Assembly: GCA_965223865.1 (NCBI GenBank)
Contig: OZ245020.1
Coordinates: 1,446,000-1,477,999, forward strand
DNA: 32,000 nt
Origin: Nitrosarchaeum sp.
GTDB lineage: Archaea; Thermoproteota; Nitrososphaeria; Nitrososphaerales; Nitrosopumilaceae
Reading direction: 5' to 3'
Shown here: one piece after another, positions 9,122-16,916 of the stretch
How positions within the stretch are numbered: the first letter of the stretch is position 1
Layout of the letters: every line of letters starts with the position of its first letter
Notes under the pieces: model-generated
Seen by the model: the letters and a program-made list of their open reading frames with translations, nothing else
Databases searched by the model: none
What the model was told of the DNA's origin: nothing
Position numbers and translations under genes: made by a program

Positions 9122-9331
9122 ATGAGCAAACTTCCAGAAAGATTTCCAGAATATTCTATAATGTATAAAATTTTAACAAAAAAAATTAAGGATTTAGAAT
9201 TAAAAATAAAATCTGGTTCTTCAGAAGAAAGTATAGACATGCAAAGAAAAATTAAAAATTTTAAACAAGAAAGACAAAAAATTAAAGAAATGTTTCCTGA
9301 AAATTTTTTTGAAAATTTAGAATCTAAATAA
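9122..9331 (+). CDS. Small charged helical protein (69 aa) with C-terminal MFPEN motif
   Basis: Lys/Glu-rich helix-forming sequence. Shares the C-terminal K..K.MFP.N....L motif with ORF 14850..15137. Confidence 0.45.
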   Translation: MSKLPERFPEYSIMYKILTKKIKDLELKIKSGSSEESIDMQRKIKNFKQERQKIKEMFPENFFENLESK

Positions 9332-9342
9332 GAAATTAATTA

Positions 9343-9561
9343 TTAGTTATGTTGATGGTCATGACCACAATCGCATTGATGCTGGTGATCACCAAATGAC
9401 ATTAATTTTTCTACCATTTCATCACGAATTTTAAGTAAATCCCCAACTTGTTGTTTTAGTGTTCCTGAATCCCAATTTCCCTCATGTAAAGCCCTTACAG
9501 CGTCAATGATTTCAAGATCTACATTGAGTAGATTATCCATGAGTTGTTCTTGTTCATTCAT
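9343..9561 (-). CDS. Small protein with His/Cys-rich C-terminal tail
   Basis: 72 aa helical body ending in FGDHQHQCDCGHDHQHN. Confidence 0.5.
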   Translation of the reverse strand: MNEQEQLMDNLLNVDLEIIDAVRALHEGNWDSGTLKQQVGDLLKIRDEMVEKLMSFGDHQHQCDCGHDHQHN

Positions 9562-9609
9562 AATAATTTACAAATAAACTGTGAAAAAAACCATTCTAAT
9601 CAGAGTAAA

Positions 9610-10059
9610 TCATGCTTCCATACTTTCTTTTAAGAGATTTTTCCTAACAAGAATTGGGATTTTGTAAAAGGCACCTAGTGCCATAGCATCTGATGCGCGA
9701 TAATTGCGTAAAACCATGTCTTTTTTTCCAGTAAAATACAAATTAGCCCTTAAGACTTCACCACTTTCGTAAATTTTGACTTTAACTAAGACCAATTCGT
9801 TTTCTTCACAGATCTCTTCTATCATTTTGTAAATAGAAGGAACTGAATCATTTGCTTTCTCACTAAAACTGGAAATATGACGCGCAACCTCCCCAGAGAA
9901 TGCTCTCATGTGAAACTCTTTTCCATCAGCAGATTTGAGAACAACCATACCTTCAACCGCATAAGGATCAACAAACCCCACATAATCGATTTTTACCGAT
10001 TCATAATCAGGCTCTTGTGCTTGATCAATTTCCATTGTTTCTACGCATAAACTAACCAT
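9610..10059 (-). CDS. Bifunctional nuclease (BFN/DUF151) domain protein
   Basis: 149 aa. ..FHMRAFSGEVARHIS.. and ..NYRASDAMALGAFYKIPILV.. resemble the BFN core (..RPSDAIALA....PI.V). Confidence 0.65.
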   Translation of the reverse strand: MVSLCVETMEIDQAQEPDYESVKIDYVGFVDPYAVEGMVVLKSADGKEFHMRAFSGEVARHISSFSEKANDSVPSIYKMIEEICEENELVLVKVKIYESGEVLRANLYFTGKKDMVLRNYRASDAMALGAFYKIPILVRKNLLKESMEA

Positions 10060-10175
10060 TTAGTGCTTATAAAGATACTAAAATAATGCGATTCAGAGTA
10101 TGTTAATTTCTTTATAATTATCTAGATTAATGCTTAACCCCAAATTATTTAAAATCAACAATAAAGGATAGCTTA

Positions 10176-11990
10176 ATGTCAACAAATCCAGAACGATCAG
10201 TATCATATGTTCTGACAAAATATGTCACAGCTTACATGAACAAAGATGTTCTTTTACTTCATGAGAACACGCTAACAAGAGAAGCTGCTAGAATGCTTAG
10301 ACATTATGAAATAGATGACATCATTGTAACTGATAGTAATAATTTACCTGTTGGAATTGTTACAGATGAAGATATTCTGAGCCAAGTTAGCGATGCTACA
10401 GTTTACGCTGAAGCTACAGCTTTGAAGGACATTATGAACACACCTCTAATTACAATTAATGAAAAAGCCACGCTGCAAGAAGCACTTCACAAAATGAGAG
10501 ATCATAACATTAGAAAACTTCCAGTCATTTCTAAAAAAAATGAGGTATTAGGAATAATTTTTCAAACAACAATTGCAGATGTCATCAGAGATGCAACTGC
10601 CACACCGTCAAGACTACTTAGTCCTCCAGTAAAAGCTGTTCTTGGGAACTTGGGGTTTGTTTTACAGTTTGCAGGAGTTTTACTACTTGTACCAGCAATT
10701 TTATCCACAGTATTAGGAGAGACAGTCACAGCTACCGGAATTTATCTTACAACAGTTCTTTTGCTTGTAACTGGATTTTTTCTAAATTCTTATGGAGAAA
10801 AGGCAAATCTAAATCTTCAGCAAGCATCGATTCTTGTATTTTCAAGTTTGTTCCTACTATCATTATTTGGGACGGTTCCATATCTATACGTGACTACGGA
10901 AGATTCAACAAATATCGAAGTATTTGCAAATGCATTCTTTTCTAGTGCTGCAGGATTTACAACTGGTGGAATTTCAATATTTGATGAACCAGAAAATCTA
11001 CCTCAGAGTTTCACTTTCTATCGTAGTTTCACTCAGCTTGTAGGAGGAATGAGTTTCATCTACTTGGTAATTACCGCGTTTTATCCAGAATCGAAGCTTC
11101 AATCCATGCGCGGTTTTATTTCAGGAAGAACGCTGCATATGAGAGAGCTCTTTGGAACTATTACGATAATTTTTACTCTTTATGTTGTGATTGTTGCGTT
11201 GTTATTGTATTTCTTTGGTGAAACGAATTTGATTGATAATTTTTCTTTAGCTATGAGCACACTTGCCACTGGCGGATTCCTACCAAATTCAATAATTCTT
11301 GATAATTTGGTATGGCAAGAGCATATTATTTTGATGGCAGCAATGATACTAGGAGCATTACCTTTTACATTTCACTATGCATTTGTAAGAAAGAAATTCC
11401 TTGCCCCCAAATTAGGAAAAGAGGTACTAACATATTTTGCAATACTTGGTAGTGCCACCCTATTGTTTATGTGGATAAGTGGATTAGATCCTTTGTTAAG
11501 TTCATTTTATTCAGTATCAGCTAGCACCACAGCAGGATTACAGCTAGAGAGTCTTGAAGGATTAAATTCAGCAGCACATTCAATACTGATCATTTTGATG
11601 TTTATAGGAGGATGTGGGTTCTCAACTGCTGGAGGTTTTAAAATCTTTAGATTATTACAGTTAAAAGATCTTAGAAAGTTTTTGAACAAGGTAAAACGTG
11701 CCGAATTGCAACCACACGCCAGAAAGGAGTTAACATCTACTTTGATAATAATTGCATTATTTCCAATAATTGCGTCTGTTACTGCAGTTCATTTAGCTGC
11801 AATAGAAAATACATCATATGAGAATGCATTTTTTGAATCAGTAGGAGTAATTACAACTGGAGGACTATCAGCAGATGTAATTGATTTTGAGACGGATCCT
11901 GCAACAAAAATCGTACTAAGTTTTCTTATGATCTTTGGAAGACTGGAGATCATAGCAATCATATACATTTTCATTCCTAAATTGAGTTAG
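10176..11990 (+). CDS. trkH: TrkH/KtrB-family cation (K+) transporter with N-terminal CBS pair
   Basis: 604 aa. Residues ~20-140 hold two CBS repeats. The membrane domain carries repeated pore-loop glycine motifs (FTTGGISI, LATGGFLP, STAGGFKI, ITTGGLSA). Confidence 0.8.
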   Translation: MSTNPERSVSYVLTKYVTAYMNKDVLLLHENTLTREAARMLRHYEIDDIIVTDSNNLPVGIVTDEDILSQVSDATVYAEATALKDIMNTPLITINEKATLQEALHKMRDHNIRKLPVISKKNEVLGIIFQTTIADVIRDATATPSRLLSPPVKAVLGNLGFVLQFAGVLLLVPAILSTVLGETVTATGIYLTTVLLLVTGFFLNSYGEKANLNLQQASILVFSSLFLLSLFGTVPYLYVTTEDSTNIEVFANAFFSSAAGFTTGGISIFDEPENLPQSFTFYRSFTQLVGGMSFIYLVITAFYPESKLQSMRGFISGRTLHMRELFGTITIIFTLYVVIVALLLYFFGETNLIDNFSLAMSTLATGGFLPNSIILDNLVWQEHIILMAAMILGALPFTFHYAFVRKKFLAPKLGKEVLTYFAILGSATLLFMWISGLDPLLSSFYSVSASTTAGLQLESLEGLNSAAHSILIILMFIGGCGFSTAGGFKIFRLLQLKDLRKFLNKVKRAELQPHARKELTSTLIIIALFPIIASVTAVHLAAIENTSYENAFFESVGVITTGGLSADVIDFETDPATKIVLSFLMIFGRLEIIAIIYIFIPKLS

Positions 11991-12043
11991 AATGGTTTTG
12001 AAGGTAAAAATATAATTTAATTTAATTAGTTTTTAGAAAAAAC

Positions 12044-12871
12044 ATGGAGAAACAGACGACCAAAAGTGGTCAGAATGGTAAAAAATTAATCATTTTAGGA
12101 TTTGTAACCATTGCCATACTCTTTGTAATGTATTCCCGCTATCAAGATCCAGAACTCCTTACTCCTGGTGCGATTGACTCTATCCAAAGATTAGCAAATG
12201 GATTTTACATTATCATGCTAGCATCTTTAGGATCTATAACCTATGGAATCTATCTTTTTCACAAATACAAAGTTGAGAAAAATGGTAAAGACTTACTAAC
12301 GATTATTGCATTAACCACATGGAACTCAAAATCAAGAAAGATTTTTGTTATAACTTTTGTAGGATATGGGATTTTTTTCTCATTAGCATCTGGAACTCTA
12401 GTTTATCAGCCCGAGGTGAATTTCATCGAACATTATGGGGCAACAATACCATCAGGATTTATTGCTCCCTGTTGTGATGAGCCAGGATACATGCCAAAAA
12501 TAATCGTATATCTAACAGAACATGTAGGATTACAAATAATTCCAATTAATTTGATTCTACAAGTTATTGTATCGTATTTGGTGGGCCTTAATACTTCAAT
12601 TGCAATCAGTGCATATACAATTTCAAAAAAGGGAAGAGGGATGAGTACATTAGGTGCTGCCACAGGACTCTTCATAGCATGCCCCACATGTGCCGGAACA
12701 TTTCTATCAATTTTCATAGGTACTGCCAGTGGAATCGCCTTATCAATTGCACTTACTCAACTACAGACATTTTTCATTGCAATATCAATTCCAGTATTGA
12801 TAGCAACACCGTTTATCATGGGGGGAAAATTAAGAAATGCAGATGGAAGCTGTAAAATTAAACCTAATTAG
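12044..12871 (+). CDS. Polytopic membrane protein with CC and CxxC motifs, function unknown
   Basis: 275 aa with about 6 hydrophobic segments. APCCDEPGY lies in a loop and ACPTCAGTF at the start of a hydrophobic segment. Confidence 0.6.
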   Translation: MEKQTTKSGQNGKKLIILGFVTIAILFVMYSRYQDPELLTPGAIDSIQRLANGFYIIMLASLGSITYGIYLFHKYKVEKNGKDLLTIIALTTWNSKSRKIFVITFVGYGIFFSLASGTLVYQPEVNFIEHYGATIPSGFIAPCCDEPGYMPKIIVYLTEHVGLQIIPINLILQVIVSYLVGLNTSIAISAYTISKKGRGMSTLGAATGLFIACPTCAGTFLSIFIGTASGIALSIALTQLQTFFIAISIPVLIATPFIMGGKLRNADGSCKIKPN

Positions 12872-13404
12872 AAGCAGCAATTATGTTTTCAAAGTCCATA
12901 AAAAATAATTGCCAGGGAAGAGTGGTATTGAATGATTTACAACAAGATAGAGTATTTGGTCGCATGAAAATGAAGCTATCCTCTTGTAACTCCCCTGGCT
13001 GATCAATGTTAGACACGTTTTTAGTATTTAGAGATTCTTATTTTAATTCTCAAAATCTGTATTTTAAAAACGCTGCAGGTTATGAACGAATTATTCGTGT
13101 TGGTTATATGTAAAAATACAATAACAGAATCATGCAATAATGCATTTGTTTATCGTTTAACTGACCATATTTTCTACGATAATGCTTCATCTGTTTCCAC
13201 AAGAGTCATTTTTGGCACCATTGCATTTTTTGATTTAAAGTTGGACAAGGGTAAGGCAGATACATTAACCATCAGATGAATATTCAGAAACAACACTAGT
13301 AGATTTTGCATTATGAAGCTGATTTAAGGAAATTTTTGATTATCAAGTGTGAAATGAACTGAAAATAGAGTAACTCTTAACTAGTTTTACGATCTATAAT
13401 ACAA

Positions 13405-13515
13405 TGAGTTTTCAGAACTCAGGCCTAACCGCGCGTAAGGGTCAAAGAAAACCGATTTTCCGACATCACGGGAAGACGTCATTGGTTAATGGCTAATTTC
13501 CGTGCTGATTGGAGC
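13405..13515. ncRNA. GC-enriched structured island, candidate small RNA of unknown class
   Basis: About 48% G+C over 13421-13500 by hand count, against AT-rich flanks. Local helices: GAGTT/AACTC (13406-13420), GCCTAACC/GGTTAatGGC (13423-13430 with 13484-13493), TTCCG/CGGGAA (13458-13476). No tRNA T-loop and no clean C/D boxes. Confidence 0.25.
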
Positions 13516-13710
13516 TAATCTAATTCTAGATGACAATTTAAGAATGAATAAAATTTGAATATAATTAAGAAAAATTTCACTAATTTTTCTAATTTACAAG
13601 CTTTTTGACTTGAAGGATTTTTTAATTTTCTATATCACATCGAGTATTTCATAAAAATTTCAAAGATTAAATCAATATTTTAAATGAAATAATAGTAATA
13701 AAATAACAGA

Positions 13711-13944
13711 ATGGGTATTGGAACAAATTCAGAATACGTAAAATTCTATTTGAATTTACGAATGGGGAAGGATGTTAATTTATTGAGTTTCATAAATAAT
13801 GAAAAAAGAATACTAAAAGGAAAATTAGAAAACAAGAACTTGAACAAAGACAGAATATTAAAAGGAATTGAAATCCTAAATGAGTTAATATTAGAAATAA
13901 ATGAGATTGGAGAAAACGAGGTTTTAAAAAAATATGGAAAATGA
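13711..13944 (+). CDS. Hypothetical small helical protein (77 aa)
   Basis: ORF overlapping the next gene by 11 nt. Internal echo EKRILKGKLE / KDRILKGIE. Confidence 0.35.
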   Translation: MGIGTNSEYVKFYLNLRMGKDVNLLSFINNEKRILKGKLENKNLNKDRILKGIEILNELILEINEIGENEVLKKYGK

Positions 13945-14497
13945 TTTAAAAATTATCAGAATAGAAATTATGCGAGTGTTAAATGAAAATGGAAAAACAA
14001 GGAGTTCAGAATTAGTCAAAAGAGTTGCAAAAAAAACTGGAAATGAGAAAATTATATACAGAGAGATTAGCTTTCTTGTAGAATCAGGAGAAATCGAAAA
14101 AAAGTACATAGTAAATCCCATATTGAATATGAATTGATTAATTTATCAGAATCTGCAAACAATCAATTAAAGAATTTACATGCAGAGTTAGATATCTCTA
14201 GAAGAATTAAAAAAATTTTATGAAGAAGCAGAACAAATCAAAGTTGGTTATCACCAAAGAGTTAGAACAACGATTCATTTTATTCATATTGTTCAGTCAA
14301 TTGAAGGGATTATGAGATTATTGTCTTTTTATCCAACATTCAAAAAAGACAAAATGTTTTCTCAAATTAATAGAAAAATTAGCGATTATTGGCTACTTTT
14401 GATGGAATTTATCATGCACCAATCTGAAGAACAGTTTCTTAATGAAGTACTCGCCAATATCAGAATAACTCAAATAAATTCAAAAAGTGTTAATTGA
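13934..14497 (+). pseudogene. Winged-helix (wHTH) regulator-like gene split into three frames at two A7 runs (about 187 aa if rejoined)
   Basis: Segment 1 is frame 2 (13934..14137, wHTH-like RVLNENGKTRSSELVKRVAKKTGNEKIIYREISFLVESGEIEKK). Segment 2 is frame 1, open 14071-14223 (KVHSKSHIEYELINLSESANNQLKNLHAELDISRRIKK). Segment 3 is frame 2 again, open 14192-14497 (FYEEAEQIKVGYHQRV..., contains track ORF 14312..14497). The frame changes coincide with A7 at 14097-14103 and A7 at 14209-14215. Confidence 0.5.
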
Positions 14498-14516
14498 AAT
14501 CAAATCCAAAACAAGA

Positions 14517-14810
14517 TTAATCAATTATCTTTACAAGATAGATAGGTCTGTCGGCTTTATGCTCATATACAAATTCTGAAATTTGTATATTTTTTATCCG
14601 CTTATTAGTAAAAAAGTGAATATAAGCTCGATTATCAGCTGTGAGTAATTCACAGTAATTATCCACACAAAATGTTGCCAAATTTTCATCATATTCGCGT
14701 TGCTTCAAATCATCTCCAACAACAAAAATTTCGTTATAATTGTCTAGTAGTTTTTTATTTTCTTGGTTTGCTAACCATTTACAATTTTGATCAATTAAAA
14801 CATTAGTCAT
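14517..14810 (-). CDS. Small PIN-like (Mut7-C / DUF5615-like) protein, tentative
   Basis: 97 aa. N-terminal VLIDQNC..LA resembles the (L/F)LxDENL start of that family, and ELLTADNRAY resembles its T.D.DF segment. Assigned by memory of family patterns only. Confidence 0.4.
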   Translation of the reverse strand: MTNVLIDQNCKWLANQENKKLLDNYNEIFVVGDDLKQREYDENLATFCVDNYCELLTADNRAYIHFFTNKRIKNIQISEFVYEHKADRPIYLVKIID

Positions 14811-14849
14811 AAAACAACCAGAAAACTGGGATATTTAGTTTATTATTTA

Positions 14850-15137
14850 ATGAAATTAAATATTCTTAATAAAACAATACAATTCTTATGGTTTATCCTT
14901 ACTAAACAAATAATGGATGAAAAAATTGAAGACAAATCCGAAGAATCAAGAAAAAAACACATCAAATATTACAAATCATTGTCAAAAACAATAAAAAATA
15001 TTGAAAAAGAAATAGAATCTGAAAAAGAAGAGAAAATAATTAATCACTTGAAAGAAAGGGTAGATGCAATGAATTTGGATAAAAAAAGGATTACAAAGAT
15101 GTTCCCTAACATATTAAAGGAATTAAAAGATGAGTAA
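14850..15137 (+). CDS. Small charged helical protein with C-terminal MFPN motif (likely real start 14913)
   Basis: Lys/Glu-rich. ..KKRITKMFPNILKELKDE parallels ..RQKIKEMFPENFFENLESK of ORF 9122..9331. The first 21 codons are hydrophobic/AT-rich and probably promoter sequence. Confidence 0.45.
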   Translation: MKLNILNKTIQFLWFILTKQIMDEKIEDKSEESRKKHIKYYKSLSKTIKNIEKEIESEKEEKIINHLKERVDAMNLDKKRITKMFPNILKELKDE

Positions 15138-15336
15138 ACCAAGCGAAAAGAATCATAACAAGCACTTAGATATGCTTCAAGATTACAAAAATTACATTGT
15201 AAAATATATTTCAGAGTTAGAAAAGCTTGATAACCAATCAGAATTTGCAAAAAAATGGAATGAGAATACAATAAAAGAAAGAAGAGAAGAATTAGTAGTA
15301 ATAAACAAAATTATAAAAAATTTAATTAGATTTTAG
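15130..15336 (+). CDS. Hypothetical small helical protein (68 aa)
   Basis: Its start overlaps the previous stop by 8 nt (ATGAGTAA), implying co-translation. Confidence 0.4.
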   Translation: MSKPSEKNHNKHLDMLQDYKNYIVKYISELEKLDNQSEFAKKWNENTIKERREELVVINKIIKNLIRF

Positions 15337-15477
15337 ATGTTTTTGCTTTTGATATTTTTGAGATAATTCATATAATTTTTCACAAAAAGAATCCAAACGA
15401 GAAGACATAATTCCATCAATCCATGAAAGTTCTTTATTCATAGAATAGTTAACAGACGATGATTGTGGAAAATTGCT

Positions 15478-15702
15478 TTATTCTATGTATTTGATTTCAT
15501 TCTCAAAAAAGATTTTTAGATATTTTATTCCTTCTTCTGAAAAAATATAATTGCATGGCATTAAATCAATTTGTACATTATAGTTTCTATTAGCTTGATT
15601 GATTCTAGCCTTGATGAAAGGGAGATTAATTTGAGCGCATTTTCTATAATACTTATCATATTCAAACATCTTTGAGTCAGAAATGTATTTTTTAAAAGAC
15701 AT
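15478..15702 (-). CDS. Hypothetical small protein (74 aa)
   Basis: ORF 11 nt downstream of 15714..16094 on the same strand. Confidence 0.4.
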   Translation of the reverse strand: MSFKKYISDSKMFEYDKYYRKCAQINLPFIKARINQANRNYNVQIDLMPCNYIFSEEGIKYLKIFFENEIKYIE

Positions 15703-15713
15703 TCAGAAAGATT

Positions 15714-16094
15714 TCAAAGATCTGCAGTAATTTTTTTAATTTTTGTAATTATTCTGATCTTTTTCTCAATCTGCATTTCTGGTTCTAAAGTGAAATAAAC
15801 AATATTTCTCTTTGTATAAATGACCATTTGAGAGACTTTTTCCCTTTCCACATGAACGTAACGGACTTTACCTAGAGATTTATCAAATTCTTTTCGCATT
15901 ACTCGGCGCTGTGCTACTTGTTTGCAAAAATGTTCTTCTTCTTTTTGTGTTTTCAGATTTGTTTTACCTGTTTTCATAATTGCCTCTCTGATGTTCCCTT
16001 TGGGATCAATTATTGCAGCAAATCTCATTTTAGGATCTAAATTGATAATATCTTGAACAAGTTTTAAAAGATCTACTTTGGGTTTTCCTGCCAT
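15714..16094 (-). CDS. Hypothetical protein (126 aa)
   Basis: Clean ORF with mixed alpha/beta-like pattern. No named motif recognised. Confidence 0.55.
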   Translation of the reverse strand: MAGKPKVDLLKLVQDIINLDPKMRFAAIIDPKGNIREAIMKTGKTNLKTQKEEEHFCKQVAQRRVMRKEFDKSLGKVRYVHVEREKVSQMVIYTKRNIVYFTLEPEMQIEKKIRIITKIKKITADL

Positions 16095-16241
16095 GTATGT
16101 TTTCCAGGGAATTTAGGCAAATATAATCCAATAAACAATTTTAGGCTTCAATTCTGAAATATTTTTTATGTTAAAAATGACGATCTAAATATTGCACATC
16201 TAGATAATAGTTTTAATTTAATTCATTATTACAATTAGACT

Positions 16242-16859
16242 GTGAATAATACCATTAAACAAGTTTTAGATAAGTTAGAGAAAAGATCTTCACTTGAAAA
16301 AACAAAGAGTTTAGACATATTGCCGGAAGATAGGATGTTAGCAATTACAATGGAAACAGGAAAATTTTTCAATATACTGTTAAGGGCAATGAATGCAAAA
16401 AACATACTTGAGATCGGAACTTCGACTGGATATTCAACAATATGGATAGCTGAAGCTATTCAAGAAAATACAGGTAAAATTATAACAATTGAAAAAAACC
16501 CAAATAAAATCAAACGTGCTAAAAATAATTTCACAGAGGCTGGTGTCTCAGATACGATTGAGATAAGAGAAGGCATGGCATCTGATGTCTTATCAGAATT
16601 AACTAGCGAAGGATTTCAAAATCATTTTGATTTTGTATTAATAGATTCGGACAAAGAACAATGCATTAATTATTTTGATATTGTTTTACCATTAGTGAAG
16701 AAAAACGGGATTATTGCAACAGACAATATTTTGTACCCAGAAAAGTACAAGGCAGAAATGCAAAATTTTGTAGATCATGTTACAAATAATCCAAAGGTAA
16801 TTTCTGTAACAATTCCAATAGGAAATGGTGAAGAAATTACATTAAAGGTAAGAGATTAA
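16242..16859 (+). CDS. Class I SAM-dependent O-methyltransferase (caffeoyl-CoA OMT-like family)
   Basis: 205 aa. SAM motif I LEIGTSTGYS, then ITIEKNP, then FDFVLIDSDKE..Y, then GIIATDNIL, typical of O-methyltransferase family 3. Confidence 0.8.
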   Translation: MNNTIKQVLDKLEKRSSLEKTKSLDILPEDRMLAITMETGKFFNILLRAMNAKNILEIGTSTGYSTIWIAEAIQENTGKIITIEKNPNKIKRAKNNFTEAGVSDTIEIREGMASDVLSELTSEGFQNHFDFVLIDSDKEQCINYFDIVLPLVKKNGIIATDNILYPEKYKAEMQNFVDHVTNNPKVISVTIPIGNGEEITLKVRD

Positions 16860-16916
16860 ATTTTTAATTATAGCATCCAAACGTCGGAATTAAGTAAAGA
16901 ATAGAATTGTAATTGA

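Noticed and set aside
12911-12999. Possible tRNA (7-bp G/C-rich acceptor-like stem GCCAGGG/CCCTGGC)
   Set aside because: No D-arm, anticodon arm or GTTC-type T-loop could be placed on either strand. It is kept only as an unexplained stem or small ORF.
13082-13279. Track ORF, 65 aa, in the long gap
   Set aside because: Composition is odd (Cys/Phe/Ile-rich with no pattern), there is no start context, and it sits in a region that otherwise looks non-coding.
13420-13500. tRNA, 5S rRNA or box C/D sRNA assignment for the GC-rich island
   Set aside because: No T-loop is present. The only resemblance to 5S loop motifs is CGGGAAG. GTGATGT and CTGA on the minus strand have canonical C-to-D spacing, but C'/D' are degenerate and there is no terminal stem. 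It is reported as class unknown.
12872-16100. Integrated mobile element or provirus
   Set aside because: I found no integrase, transposase, terminal inverted repeats or flanking direct repeats by eye. Only the accessory-like gene content is reported.
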